A stretch of DNA of 64,000 nt from Acidimicrobiales bacterium (GCA_038255145.1 JBBSLP010000010.1:35129-99128), one strand, 5' to 3'; positions 16,887 through 25,518 are shown, counted from the stretch's first letter. The notes: generated by a model from the letters alone, not told the origin. Numbers and translations: made by a program.

Positions 16887-18284
16887 TCAGGCGTCGACGG
16901 CCCACCTCGCCGCCGGCCCCGCCGTACCCGGGGCCGGCGCCGCCTCCTCCGGTCGGGGTGCGGGAGGCGGTGCGGGCACGGGCGTCACCTTGCCCAGGCG
17001 GACGAGGGACACGTCCCCAGCCGCGGAGGCCGCCGCCGCGGCCCAGCTCTCGGTACCGGCATCACCGGTGACGAGCACGATCTGGTGACCGGCGGCCAGG
17101 CGGCGGACCGTTTCCAGCAGGGCGGTGGCCGCGGTGGCGTCCAGGCCGATGAAGGGCTCGTCGAGGACCAGGGGGAAGCGCTCGTGGGTGGAGCCGACGT
17201 CGCGCAGCTGCATGACGCGGTCGACGAGCACGCGGGCCGAGTCGGCCACGGGGCCGACGGCGGTGGCCAGATCCATGCCCAGGTAGGGGATGGCCTGGGT
17301 GCGCTGTCGGGCCAGGGCGGCGACGGCCCGGCGGTTGGCCAGGGCCCACTCCACCGGGACCCCCTCCGACACGTCGGCGAAGCGGGCCTCGAGAGGTTCG
17401 ACCTCGGCTGCGGCGGCGAGCACGGCGCTGACGGCGCCCTCGTCGGCCAGGGGACCGAGCGAGGCGACCAGCTCGTCATAGGACGAGGCGCCCGCCGCGG
17501 CCACGGCCCGGTGTTCCCGCCGCCGGGCCCGGTGCACCGTGCCGAAGTCGGCCACGGTGACGACGACGGCCACGGCGGCCAGGATCAGCAGGGCCCGGGC
17601 CGTCCACCGATCGTCCTCGAGCAGGCTGTCGACCAGCACCAGGACCACCGCCGCCGCGGCCAGGATCCCGGCCAGGCCCAGGCCCGAGCGCAGGATGCGA
17701 CCGTGGGCGGCGGCGGCACGACCTGAAGCGGTGTGGGCCTCGGTGGCGGCGGCGAAGGCCCGGGCCCGCTCGACGCCGGATCCCGGCCGGCCATCGGTCA
17801 GGGCGGCCAGGCGGGCCCGGGCCGCGGCCAGCTGCTCGGCTGCCGCCCACAGCGGGCCCTGGTCGAGGACGGCGAGGCGGCGGGCCCGGGGGTCGTCATC
17901 GGTCCCCGTACCGCTGCCCCGGTCGATCTGACCACTGTCGAGGCGCAACAGGCGGCTGGCGGTGGCCGGGTCCAGGCCGCTGCGGGCCAGCACGTCGACG
18001 CTGGGGGCCACGGCGGCGAACTGCGGGGTGACGTCGATGCCGGCGTCGATGTCGATGACGCGGTGGGGACCGCCCCGGGGGCGGAAGACGGCCAGGTGGC
18101 GACCCAGGTCGTCGACCAGTTCCAGGTGGGTGCCGGCCGGTCCCGGGCCCAGGCCGTCGATGAGGCCGGTGATGAAGTCCAGGCGGACGGCGGGGTTCTC
18201 GTGGGACGCCACGGTCAGCGCCGGGTTGATGTCGACGGCGAGCACGCCGCCGGGCTCCTCGACCACCAGCCGCTGAAGTTCCAC
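16887..18284 (-). CDS. YhaN/SMC-like ATPase-fold membrane protein with a degenerate Walker A
   Basis: C-terminal Walker B/D-loop [13 protein letters not shown], two central TM helices ([32 protein letters not shown]). The N-terminal beta-strand region [23 protein letters not shown] sits where GxxGxGKS is expected. High GC3. Start GTG 18284 is tentative. Confidence 0.55.
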   Translation of the reverse strand: MELQRLVVEEPGGVLAVDINPALTVASHENPAVRLDFITGLIDGLGPGPAGTHLELVDDLGRHLAVFRPRGGPHRVIDIDAGIDVTPQFAAVAPSVDVLARSGLDPATASRLLRLDSGQIDRGSGTGTDDDPRARRLAVLDQGPLWAAAEQLAAARARLAALTDGRPGSGVERARAFAAATEAHTASGRAAAAHGRILRSGLGLAGILAAAAVVLVLVDSLLEDDRWTARALLILAAVAVVVTVADFGTVHRARRREHRAVAAAGASSYDELVASLGPLADEGAVSAVLAAAAEVEPLEARFADVSEGVPVEWALANRRAVAALARQRTQAIPYLGMDLATAVGPVADSARVLVDRVMQLRDVGSTHERFPLVLDEPFIGLDATAATALLETVRRLAAGHQIVLVTGDAGTESWAAAAASAAGDVSLVRLGKVTPVPAPPPAPRPEEAAPAPGTAGPAARWAVDA

Positions 18285-18425
18285 GTCCTCCCCATCGGTA
18301 CGGCGGCGGCCGAGGTTAGGCGGGTGCCGCGTCGTGGTCGGAGTCACCGGGCGGCGGCACGGGCGCGCCGACCGTCCGCTGACCGCCAGCGGAGGCCACG
18401 ACAGCCCCGCGCTCGCGTCACAGGG

Positions 18426-19217
18426 GTGCAAACGGTCCGGGTGATCCCCTGTCTCGACGTCGACCGGGGCCGGGTGGTCAAGGGCGTCAACTTCGTGAAC
18501 CTGCGCGACGCCGGGGACCCCGTCGAGCTCGCGGCCCGCTACGACGAAGAGGGCGCTGACGAGGTCATCTTCCTCGACATCACCGCCAGCTCCGACGCCC
18601 GCGGCACCATCCTGGACGTGGCCCGGCGCACCGCCGAGCAGGTGTTCATCCCCTTCACCGTCGGTGGTGGCATCCGTAGCGTCGACGACGCCCGGGCCCT
18701 GTTGCGGGCCGGGGCCGACAAGGTGTCGGTGAACACCGCCGCCGTCGACCGTCCCGAGCTCGTGCGCGAGCTGTCGGTCGAGTTCGGCGCCCAGTGCGTG
18801 GTCGTGGCCATCGACGCCCGCAGCTCGGCCACGCCCAGCGGCTCCATCCCCAGCGGCTCCATCCCCAGCGGTTACGAGGTCTTCATCCACGGCGGGCGCA
18901 CCCCCACCGGGCTCGACGCCGTGGCCTGGGCCCGGCGGGCCGAGGAGCTCGGCGCCGGCGAGATCCTGCTCACCTCCATGGACCGTGACGGCACCAGGGA
19001 CGGCTTCGACCTGGGCCTGACCCGGGCCGTGGCCGACGCCGTGAACGTGGCCGTCATCGCCAGCGGCGGTGTGGGCACCCTCGACCACCTGGTCGACGGC
19101 GTGCGCGAGGGCCACGCCGACGCCGTCCTCGCCGCCTCGATCTTCCACTTCGGCGAGCACACCGTGGGTGAGGCCAAGGCCGTCCTCAGCGCGGCCGGCG
19201 TCGTCGTCCGCCGCTGA
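18426..19217 (+). CDS. hisF: imidazole glycerol phosphate synthase, cyclase subunit
   Basis: ORF 17733..19217 trimmed to GTG 18426 ([12 protein letters not shown]). Motifs [14 protein letters not shown] and ASGGVG. GTG 18441 is an alternative start. Confidence 0.9.
   Translation: MQTVRVIPCLDVDRGRVVKGVNFVNLRDAGDPVELAARYDEEGADEVIFLDITASSDARGTILDVARRTAEQVFIPFTVGGGIRSVDDARALLRAGADKVSVNTAAVDRPELVRELSVEFGAQCVVVAIDARSSATPSGSIPSGSIPSGYEVFIHGGRTPTGLDAVAWARRAEELGAGEILLTSMDRDGTRDGFDLGLTRAVADAVNVAVIASGGVGTLDHLVDGVREGHADAVLAASIFHFGEHTVGEAKAVLSAAGVVVRR
18834..18871. repeat. in-frame 15-bp tandem repeat x2.5 inside hisF (encodes [13 protein letters not shown])
   Basis: cccagcggctccatc cccagcggctccatc cccagcgg, read directly. 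Confidence 0.85.
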
Positions 19218-19283
19218 ATCCACCGCTCCGCTGCTGTCGACCGGCGCCCCGCTCACCGCCCCTTGATGCGGCACCCTACGCGA

Positions 19284-19755
19284 GCGTCGATTCGACATCG
19301 ATTCGCTGGCGGCGCTGCTGGTGCCAGTGCGAACGCTTGCGGCGACGGGCCACGTCCCGTTGGCTGGTCGCTCGACCTACCGGGGAAGATCGCGCACCGC
19401 CACGGTTGAGGATCTTCCCCGGAAGCCACGACGCGGCCGCTCGGCACCGCTCGGCCGGCCCGTGACCACCTGTTGCGCACGCGGCGACGCGCGCCGTGCG
19501 GACCACGCCCACTGGTGACGCCGTGGGCGGGGTGACGTGTGCCGGCCGTGGTGGCACCGGTGGGCCGGACGTCCGCTGGCCTTTCCTGGAAGTTCGTGTA
19601 CCGCAGCGGTCCACCACCTTCCATGGACGACCCCGGCACGGCCCCGTCGCCCTGGTAGCTCGGTACACGGGCCACCGTCAGCGCAGGCGACGACGCCTCT
19701 CGTCGACGACCGGCGGACCCGGGCCGGCTGCGCGTCGATTCGACGTCGATTCGCT
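19284..19755. repeat. about 470-bp non-coding element bounded by 24-nt direct repeats (gcgtcgattcgacRTcgattcgct)
   Basis: 24-mers at 19284..19307 and 19732..19755 match at 22/24 positions. No credible ORF lies between them. The element sits in the convergent hisF / hydrolase spacer. Confidence 0.7.
19380..19422. repeat. perfect 12-bp inverted repeat (hairpin) inside the 19.3-19.8 kb element
   Basis: CCGGGGAAGATC-19 nt-GATCTTCCCCGG. Confidence 0.8.
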
Positions 19756-19823
19756 CCCCATGGCCGCTGACCGACGGTCGCATGGCCGCCGCAACCGGCC
19801 GGTGGCCTCGCCGGACGCCGGTG

Positions 19824-20450
19824 TCAGGCGGGGCGGGACAGGGCGCCGGCCAGGGCCAGGACCTGGGCGGCGACCTCGTCGCCGTGACCGGCCAGGAAGT
19901 GGTCGGCGCCGGCGATGGGGGAGATGGTGGTGGCCATCCACCCTTCGGTGGCGGCGATGGCCGACTCGGGCTTGCGGTACTGGTCGTTCTCCGGCACCAG
20001 CAGCAGCTTGGGTCGAGGATCGGAAGCGATGGCCCACGCCTCCTCTTCCACCAGGGCCAGCGGGGCCGCCACCAGGATGAACGCTTCGGGAGCGGGGTCG
20101 GTCAGCGTCAACGTCATCTCGGCGCCGAAGGACCAGCCGCACGTCAACAGGGTGCGTCCCTCGGCCAGGCCCGCCGCCGTGGCCACGGCTGCGGCGACGT
20201 CACCCCGCTCGCCCCGGCCCTTGTCGTAGCTGCCGGTGGACGAGCCCACGCCGCGGAAGTTGAAGCGCAGGGCGCCGACGTCCTGGGCGGGCAGGGCGTG
20301 GAAGAGCTCGTCGATGAGGCCCCCGTGCATCGAGCCGCCGTAGGCCGGGTGGGGGTGGACGAGCACGACCAGGGCCCGGGACGCAGCCGGCAGGGCCAAC
20401 TCGGCCTCGAGGACGGTGCCGTCGGGGACGTCGATGCGCAGGTCGGTCAC
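19824..20450 (-). CDS. alpha/beta-fold hydrolase (COG2945-like)
   Basis: Motifs VVLVHPHPAYGGSMH and FNFRGVGSSTGSYDKGRGERGD, with nucleophile-elbow-like CGWSFG. Start GTG 20450; 20474 is an alternative. Confidence 0.7.
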   Translation of the reverse strand: MTDLRIDVPDGTVLEAELALPAASRALVVLVHPHPAYGGSMHGGLIDELFHALPAQDVGALRFNFRGVGSSTGSYDKGRGERGDVAAAVATAAGLAEGRTLLTCGWSFGAEMTLTLTDPAPEAFILVAAPLALVEEEAWAIASDPRPKLLLVPENDQYRKPESAIAATEGWMATTISPIAGADHFLAGHGDEVAAQVLALAGALSRPA

Positions 20451-20554
20451 GGCGGGTGACCCTAATCCCGGCACGCCGTCAGCGCTGCGGGGACGCGCTG
20501 CCGGACACGCCCCCCATCGGGGGCGGTGGGCGGCGATGGGCTACCTTCGGCCGG

Positions 20555-20905
20555 GTGACCACCTCTGCCGGCGCCGTGAACAGCCTCGGTGAGCGCCTGC
20601 CCATCAAGATGCTCAACGACCGCGTCCTCGTGCGCCTCGAGCTGCCCGAGGGCGAGCGCCGCTCGACCGGGGGCATCCTCATCCCCGCCACCGCCCAGAT
20701 CGGCAAGCGCCTGTCCTGGGCCGTCGTCGTGGCCGCCGGCCCCAACGTGCGGGCCATGCAGGCCGGGGACAAGGTGTTGTTCAACCCCGAGGATCGCTAC
20801 GAGGTCGACGTGCGGGGCGAGGACTACATCATCCTGCGCGAGCGCGACATCCACGCCCTGGCCGCCGGCCGTCTCGAGGAGAGCGCCCCCGGGCTCTACC
20901 TGTGA
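20555..20905 (+). CDS. GroES/Cpn10-family co-chaperonin-like protein (stand-alone, no adjacent groEL)
   Basis: IKMLNDRVLVRLE ... GGILIP ... VVAAGP ... GDKVLF ... ILRERDIHAL follows the Cpn10 pattern. Start GTG 20555 or 20576. Confidence 0.6.
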   Translation: MTTSAGAVNSLGERLPIKMLNDRVLVRLELPEGERRSTGGILIPATAQIGKRLSWAVVVAAGPNVRAMQAGDKVLFNPEDRYEVDVRGEDYIILRERDIHALAAGRLEESAPGLYL

Positions 20906-20911
20906 CACTGC

Positions 20912-20937
20912 CCGGGTGGGGCCTCAACCCCACCCGG
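20912..20937. terminator. bidirectional stem-loop between convergent genes
   Basis: CCGGGTGGGG-cctcaa-CCCCACCCGG, a perfect 10-bp stem between the groES-like gene (+) and trpE(G) (-). Confidence 0.6.
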
Positions 20938-20945
20938 TGGAAGCC

Positions 20946-23174
20946 TCAACGCAGGTTGGCCACCACGTTGCGCACCAGGCGCAGGCCGACGCCGTCACCC
21001 AGGGACATGATGGACTCGGGGTGGAACTGCACGGCGGCGATGGGCAGGGACTCGTGCTCGATGCCCATGATGATGCCGTCCTCGCTGCGGGCGGTGACCC
21101 GCAGGCAGCTGGGCAGGGCAGCCTCCACGGCGTAGAGCGAGTGGTAGCGGCCCACGGTCAGCTCCTTGGGCAGACCGTCGAAGATTGCCCCGCCCCCGCC
21201 CTCCACCCACACCGGTGACGTCTTGCCGTGCATGGGGTAGTCGAGCTGGCCCAGCTGGCCGCCGAAGTGCTCGACGAGGCCCTGCAGGCCCAGGCACACC
21301 CCGAAGACGGCCTTGCCCCCGGCCAGGGCGGCGTCGATGACCGCGCTCATGGCGAACTCCGCGGGTCGGCCGGGGCCGGGGGACAGCAGCACGAGGTCAC
21401 CGTCGAGATCGGTCAGCTCGGCGGGGTCGAACCCACCCGATCGCCACGTCGACACCGTGGCCCCCGAGCAGCGGAAGTAGTTGGCCAGGGTGTGCACGAA
21501 GCTGTCGCGGAAGTCGACGAGCAGGGCCCGGCGATCCCCGGCCGTGGCCCGGAAGGCGGCGGCGGGCTCCTTCTCGGGCCGGGGGTTGCGGATGACGTCG
21601 AGGAAGGCCGAGGCCTTGAGCTCGGTCTCCTCCTCCTCGGCCACGGGGTCCGAGTCGAACAGCAGGGTGGCCCCCACCCGCACCTGGGCCATGCCGTCCT
21701 TGACCCGGATGGTGCGCAGCGTCAGGCCCGTGTTCATGGAGCCGTCGAAGCCGACCATGCCGATGGCCCCGCCGTACCAGGCCCGGGGCGAGCGCTCGTG
21801 GGCCTCGATGAAGGCCATGGCCGGGATCTTGGGGGCACCGGTCACCGTCACCGCCCACGTGTGGGTGAGGAAGGCGTCGAGGGCGTCGAGCCCCGGTCGC
21901 AGCCGCCCCTCGACGTGGTCCACGGTGTGGATGAGCCGGGAGTACATCTCGATCTGGCGGCGACCGATGACCTGCACCGAGCCGGGCACGCACACCCGCG
22001 ACTTGTCGTTGCGGTCCACGTCGGTGCACATGGTCAGCTCGGACGCGTCCTTGTCCGAGTTGAGCAGGGCCAGGATCTGGGCGGCGTCGGAGATGGGGTC
22101 GTGGCCCCGGGCGATGGTGCCGGAGATGGGGCACGTCTCCACCCGGTCCTCCTCGACCCGCACGTACATCTCCGGCGATGCCCCCACCAGGTACTCGGCC
22201 GAGCCCAGGTTGATGATGAAGCCGTAGGGGGCGGGGTTGCGCTGCTTCAGGCGGCGGAACAGCTCGGAAGGGGAAGCGGGGCAGGACTCGGTGAACATCT
22301 GGCCGGGCACGACCTCGAACAGGTCGCCGCGGGCGAAGTAGGCCCGGGCCGACTCGACCAGGGTGGCGTACTCGCCGGGCTGGTGGTCGACCTCGCGCAC
22401 CCCCCGCTCGTCGCCCACGTAACCTGCGGCCGCCGTGGCCCGGGCCAGGCCCCGGGTGGTGGCGCCGCCGGGCACGGTGAACTCGTAGCGGTGGATCTGG
22501 GCCCGGGCCCGCTGGTGGTCGACGACGAGGATCTCGTCGGCCAGGTACAGGACGAGGTCGTTCTGGCCGGCGGGGCGCTCGTGGTGGAGCTCGGTGGGTT
22601 CGAACTGGAAGGCGAGGTCGTAGCCGAAGGCGCCGTGGAGGCCCAGGCGGGTGTCCTCGGCCGAGCCGAACAGGTCGAGCAGGGCCCGCACCACGGTGAA
22701 CACCGAGGGCTGGCGGCTGCGCTCCTCCTCCTCGAAGCGTCGGGTGGGCTGGGCCACCCGGCCCCGCAGCCCGTCGGCACCGACCTCGAGGGCCTCGGTC
22801 TCGGTCAAGGCGCCGATGGCCTGGGCCACGGGGCCCAGCAGCACCCGGCCCCGACCGTTGAGGGCGGTGATCCCGAAGTCGCGGCCCCGCGACTCGAGCA
22901 CCAGGGGTGGGTCCACGAAACCGATGTCCCAGCGGGTGTAGCGGCCCGGGTACTCGTAGCTGGAGGAGAACAGGGCGCCCCGACGCTCGTCGAGGGCGTC
23001 GACGAGGGCGTCGATCTCCACGTCGGGGTCGACGTCGTCGACGCGACGGTGCACGTCGATCCCCCCGCCAGTGCGGTAGGTGACCTCGGCGTCAGAGGCG
23101 TCAGAGGCGTCAGAGGCGTCGGAGGCGCGGGCGACGTCGGCGGGACGGCCAGAGGGGGTGGGCGAGGTGGTCAC
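20946..23174 (-). CDS. trpE: anthranilate synthase, fused component I + glutamine amidotransferase (TrpE-TrpG fusion)
   Basis: 742 aa. The N-terminal chorismate-binding part has SPEMYVRV and PRAWYGGAIG. The C-terminal GATase part has GVCLGLQGL and VQFHPES. GTG start at 23174. Confidence 0.9.
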   Translation of the reverse strand: MTTSPTPSGRPADVARASDASDASDASDAEVTYRTGGGIDVHRRVDDVDPDVEIDALVDALDERRGALFSSSYEYPGRYTRWDIGFVDPPLVLESRGRDFGITALNGRGRVLLGPVAQAIGALTETEALEVGADGLRGRVAQPTRRFEEEERSRQPSVFTVVRALLDLFGSAEDTRLGLHGAFGYDLAFQFEPTELHHERPAGQNDLVLYLADEILVVDHQRARAQIHRYEFTVPGGATTRGLARATAAAGYVGDERGVREVDHQPGEYATLVESARAYFARGDLFEVVPGQMFTESCPASPSELFRRLKQRNPAPYGFIINLGSAEYLVGASPEMYVRVEEDRVETCPISGTIARGHDPISDAAQILALLNSDKDASELTMCTDVDRNDKSRVCVPGSVQVIGRRQIEMYSRLIHTVDHVEGRLRPGLDALDAFLTHTWAVTVTGAPKIPAMAFIEAHERSPRAWYGGAIGMVGFDGSMNTGLTLRTIRVKDGMAQVRVGATLLFDSDPVAEEEETELKASAFLDVIRNPRPEKEPAAAFRATAGDRRALLVDFRDSFVHTLANYFRCSGATVSTWRSGGFDPAELTDLDGDLVLLSPGPGRPAEFAMSAVIDAALAGGKAVFGVCLGLQGLVEHFGGQLGQLDYPMHGKTSPVWVEGGGGAIFDGLPKELTVGRYHSLYAVEAALPSCLRVTARSEDGIIMGIEHESLPIAAVQFHPESIMSLGDGVGLRLVRNVVANLR
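23089..23124. repeat. in-frame 9-bp tandem repeat x4 near the trpE(G) 5' end (encodes SDASDASDASDA)
   Basis: gcgtcagag x3 plus gcgtcggag, read directly. Confidence 0.85.
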
Positions 23175-23268
23175 GGCGGTGTGGGGCCTTCCGGTCGTGC
23201 TGCGGGCGGGAGCGCCCGGGGGTCGGTATGGGGAACCCGATCAGCCGAGGACACCGGAAGAACCGGAG

Positions 23269-23290
23269 GAGCCGCCCGATCGGGCGGCTC
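23269..23290 (-). promoter_or_regulatory. attenuator/terminator-like hairpin in the trpE(G) leader
   Basis: GAGCCGCCC-GATC-GGGCGGCTC (9-bp perfect stem) begins 8 nt after the leader-peptide stop and is followed on the minus strand by CUCCGGUUCUUCC. Flanking complementary 8-mers CAGCCGAG (23242..23249) and CTCGGCTG (23288..23295). Confidence 0.5.
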
Positions 23291-23297
23291 GGCTGCG

Positions 23298-23369
23298 TCA
23301 GCGCGCGGCGGGGCGACCCGGGATCAGGGGCCACCACCAGCTCGTCGACACGATCTGACGCACGACCAC
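23298..23369 (-). CDS. trpL: trp leader peptide with three consecutive Trp codons (VVVRQIVSTSWWWPLIPGRPAAR)
   Basis: TGG TGG TGG at 23339..23331 in a short frame ending at TGA 23300..23298, 124 nt upstream of the trpE(G) start. Possible GTG starts at 23369, 23363 or 23351. Confidence 0.6.
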   Translation of the reverse strand: MVVRQIVSTSWWWPLIPGRPAAR

Positions 23370-23465
23370 ATTGGACCACGTCCGTCCGGTCACGGGCAAG
23401 GGGATGGGCGCCACTCCGGTGCCCGGCCCGTCAGCACCCCGCTCAGCACGGACGGTCGGGCCAGA

Positions 23466-24386
23466 ATGGCGGTCGTGGCTGACGTACGAGCACCCGACGT
23501 GACCGGCGACTACCTGGCCCTGCGCCGCGAGGTCGGGGCCGTCGCCCTGACCAGGGACGTCATCCGGGCCTGGGGGGACGACACCGACAAGTTCCTCCAG
23601 GGCCAGCTCAGCCAGGACGTCGTCGCCCTGGCCGTCGGGGCCTCGGCGTGGTCCCTGCTGCTCGAACCCCAGGGCAAGCTCGTGGCTTGGCTGCGCCTCA
23701 GCCGCCTGGCCCCCAACGAGGTCCTCATCGACGTCGATGCCGGTTTCGCCGAGACCGTCCTCACCCGGCTCAACCGCTTCAAGCTGCGCACCAAGTGCGA
23801 GTTCGAGGTCCTCCACGGATGGCGGGCCCTGGCCCTGCGGGGCCCGGGCACCGCGGCGGTGGACACGTCGAGCGCCGCCGTGGTGGCCGACGCCGCCTGG
23901 CCCGGCCTGGCCGGTGTCGACCTGCTCGGCCCCGACGTGGTCGTCCCCCCCGGCGTGCGCGAGTGCGGCCTCGACGCCTACGAGACCGTGCGCATCGAGG
24001 CCGGCGTGCCCACCATGGGGTCCGAGTCCCTCGAGGGGATCATCCCGGCCGAGGCCGGCTTCGTCGACCGCTCGGCCAGCTTCACCAAGGGCTGCTACAC
24101 CGGCCAGGAGCTGGTGGCCCGGGTCGACAGCCGGGGGGGCAACACCCCCCGCCACCTGCGGGGGGTGCTGGTCACCACCAACGTGGTCCCTCCCGTCGGT
24201 GCCGCTGTGCACGACGCCGAGGACAAGCTCGTGGGCCACCTGACGAGCGTGGGCGAATCCCTCGACCGTCGGGCCCCCGTGGCCCTGGCCTTCATCCACC
24301 GCACCGTCGTGCCCCCCGCGGCCGTGACCCTGCGCTGGGACGGATCCCAGGCCCCGGCCCGGGTCGAGGAGCTACCGCTCCTGTGA
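23466..24386 (+). CDS. ygfZ: folate-binding YgfZ / GcvT-like protein
   Basis: ORF 21228..24386 trimmed to ATG 23466. Contains the YgfZ signature KGCYTGQE and GcvT-like N-terminal motifs. Confidence 0.8.
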   Translation: MAVVADVRAPDVTGDYLALRREVGAVALTRDVIRAWGDDTDKFLQGQLSQDVVALAVGASAWSLLLEPQGKLVAWLRLSRLAPNEVLIDVDAGFAETVLTRLNRFKLRTKCEFEVLHGWRALALRGPGTAAVDTSSAAVVADAAWPGLAGVDLLGPDVVVPPGVRECGLDAYETVRIEAGVPTMGSESLEGIIPAEAGFVDRSASFTKGCYTGQELVARVDSRGGNTPRHLRGVLVTTNVVPPVGAAVHDAEDKLVGHLTSVGESLDRRAPVALAFIHRTVVPPAAVTLRWDGSQAPARVEELPLL

Positions 24387-24473
24387 CGACCGGTCGGTCG
24401 GGGCCGCCCGGCCGACCTCCCCCACCTGGGGCATCCCGTGACGGGACCGGGCCTGGGCGCCTACTCTGATGTC

Positions 24474-25055
24474 GTGACGTTGTACGACGTGCTCGGTGCT
24501 CCGGCAACGGCTACCCAGCCCGAGCTCCGTCGTGCCTTCGTCCGCCAGGCCCGCAAGTACCACCCGGACTACCACGCCCAGTCCGACGAGACCACCAAGC
24601 GGTCGGCCGAAGGCCGCATGCGCGAGCTGAACGACGCCTGGGAGGTGCTGGGCGATGCCGCCCGCCGCCAGGCCTACGACCGCAGCCTGCGCCTCGGTGC
24701 TCCCGGCCCCCGGGCGGCCCGCACCGCACCGTCGGGCGGGGCCGACGGCCAGCCGCGGGCGGCCGCCAAGGGCCGCGACTGGCGCAGCTTCGCCAGCCCC
24801 GGTGCCGGCGTCGGCCGTCCTCTGGGCGCCCGCCTGGTCACCATCGCCCCCGTGGCCATGCTCGTCACCGCCGTGCTCGTCCTCGGTTCGGGGCTGATCC
24901 TGCGGTCCTCGGGCACGGTGTTCCTGGCCGTGTTCGTGGCCATGCTCGCCGCGCTGGGCTTCGTGTTGGCCCCCCTCGTGGCCATGACCGAAGGGTCGCG
25001 CAAGGGTCGCCAGCGCCATCGGGGCCAGACGACCGTCGGTGCCCGTCGGCGCTGA
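24474..25055 (+). CDS. J-domain (DnaJ-like) membrane protein
   Basis: LYDVLGAPATATQPELRRAF ... YHPD (HPD motif) ... AYD, followed by two hydrophobic helices. Start GTG 24474 preferred; 24438 is possible. Confidence 0.7.
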   Translation: MTLYDVLGAPATATQPELRRAFVRQARKYHPDYHAQSDETTKRSAEGRMRELNDAWEVLGDAARRQAYDRSLRLGAPGPRAARTAPSGGADGQPRAAAKGRDWRSFASPGAGVGRPLGARLVTIAPVAMLVTAVLVLGSGLILRSSGTVFLAVFVAMLAALGFVLAPLVAMTEGSRKGRQRHRGQTTVGARRR

Positions 25056-25109
25056 GTCCCGACGGGCCTGGTGGCACGGGCAGGTGTCATGCGTCGCACC
25101 GGGCTGGGC

Positions 25110-25115
25110 TAGCGT
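25110..25115 (+). promoter_or_regulatory. candidate -10 hexamer (TAGCGT) for a leaderless ABM gene
   Basis: Fits TANNNT, 8 nt upstream of ATG 25124. Shares the GGCTAGCGTG 10-mer with the nth upstream region. Confidence 0.35.
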
Positions 25116-25123
25116 GCCCGGCC

Positions 25124-25432
25124 ATGCCGAAGATCGCCGCCATCGCCAAGATCACCACCGTCGAGGGCAAGCGGGACGACGCCATCGCCGCGTTCGCACC
25201 CATGTTCGACAACGTCCGGTCGAACGAGCCGGGCACCCTCATCTACGCCCTGCACGAGGACGCAGGCGACCCCAACCTGCTGTGGTTCTACGAGCTGTAC
25301 GAGGGCGAAGAGGCCCTCACCACCCACTCCACCAGCGAGACCATGAAGACCCTCAAGCTCAAGGGCCTGCTCGCCGGGCGCCCCGAGGTCATCAAGCTCA
25401 ACCCGACGACCGCCAAGGGCATCGATTTCTGA
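25124..25432 (+). CDS. antibiotic-biosynthesis-monooxygenase (ABM / ferredoxin-like) family protein
   Basis: 102 aa. Motifs EPGTLIYALHED, WFYELYEGEEALTTH, typical of the ABM domain. Confidence 0.7.
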   Translation: MPKIAAIAKITTVEGKRDDAIAAFAPMFDNVRSNEPGTLIYALHEDAGDPNLLWFYELYEGEEALTTHSTSETMKTLKLKGLLAGRPEVIKLNPTTAKGIDF

Positions 25433-25444
25433 GCCCTAGCTTGT

Positions 25445-25462
25445 GGGGCGGGCGACCGCCCC
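25445..25462 (+). terminator. short GC stem-loop after the ABM gene
   Basis: GGGGCGG-gcga-CCGCCCC. A second hairpin, GACCTGG-cgt-CCAGGTC, follows. There is no T-tract. Confidence 0.35.
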
Positions 25463-25518
25463 GCTGACCTGGCGTCCAGGTCGGACCGACGAGCTGACGA
25501 CACTCGGAGCACAGGCCG

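Noticed and set aside
19253-19783. ORFs inside the two large spacers (19253..19783-, 19276..19668-, 19496..20080+, 34714..35835-, 35252..36292+, 35483..36436-) considered as possible proteins. I also considered a decayed hisI after hisF.
   Set aside because: All are extremely Arg/Pro/Gly-rich with no domain-like segments, and they overlap one another in several frames. The repeated peptide NRTH(R/G)RTA ... simply reflects the 72-bp DNA duplication. No frame resembles PR-AMP cyclohydrolase (HisI). A blastx search would be the decisive test.
23327-23372. Alternative leader frame with a proper ATG (MWSCVRSCRRAGGGP-stop) upstream of trpE(G).
   Set aside because: It contains a single Trp at position 2 and ends inside the WWW region. 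The GTG-initiated frame, with three consecutive Trp codons followed by the hairpin, fits the attenuation model much better. The true start codon remains uncertain.
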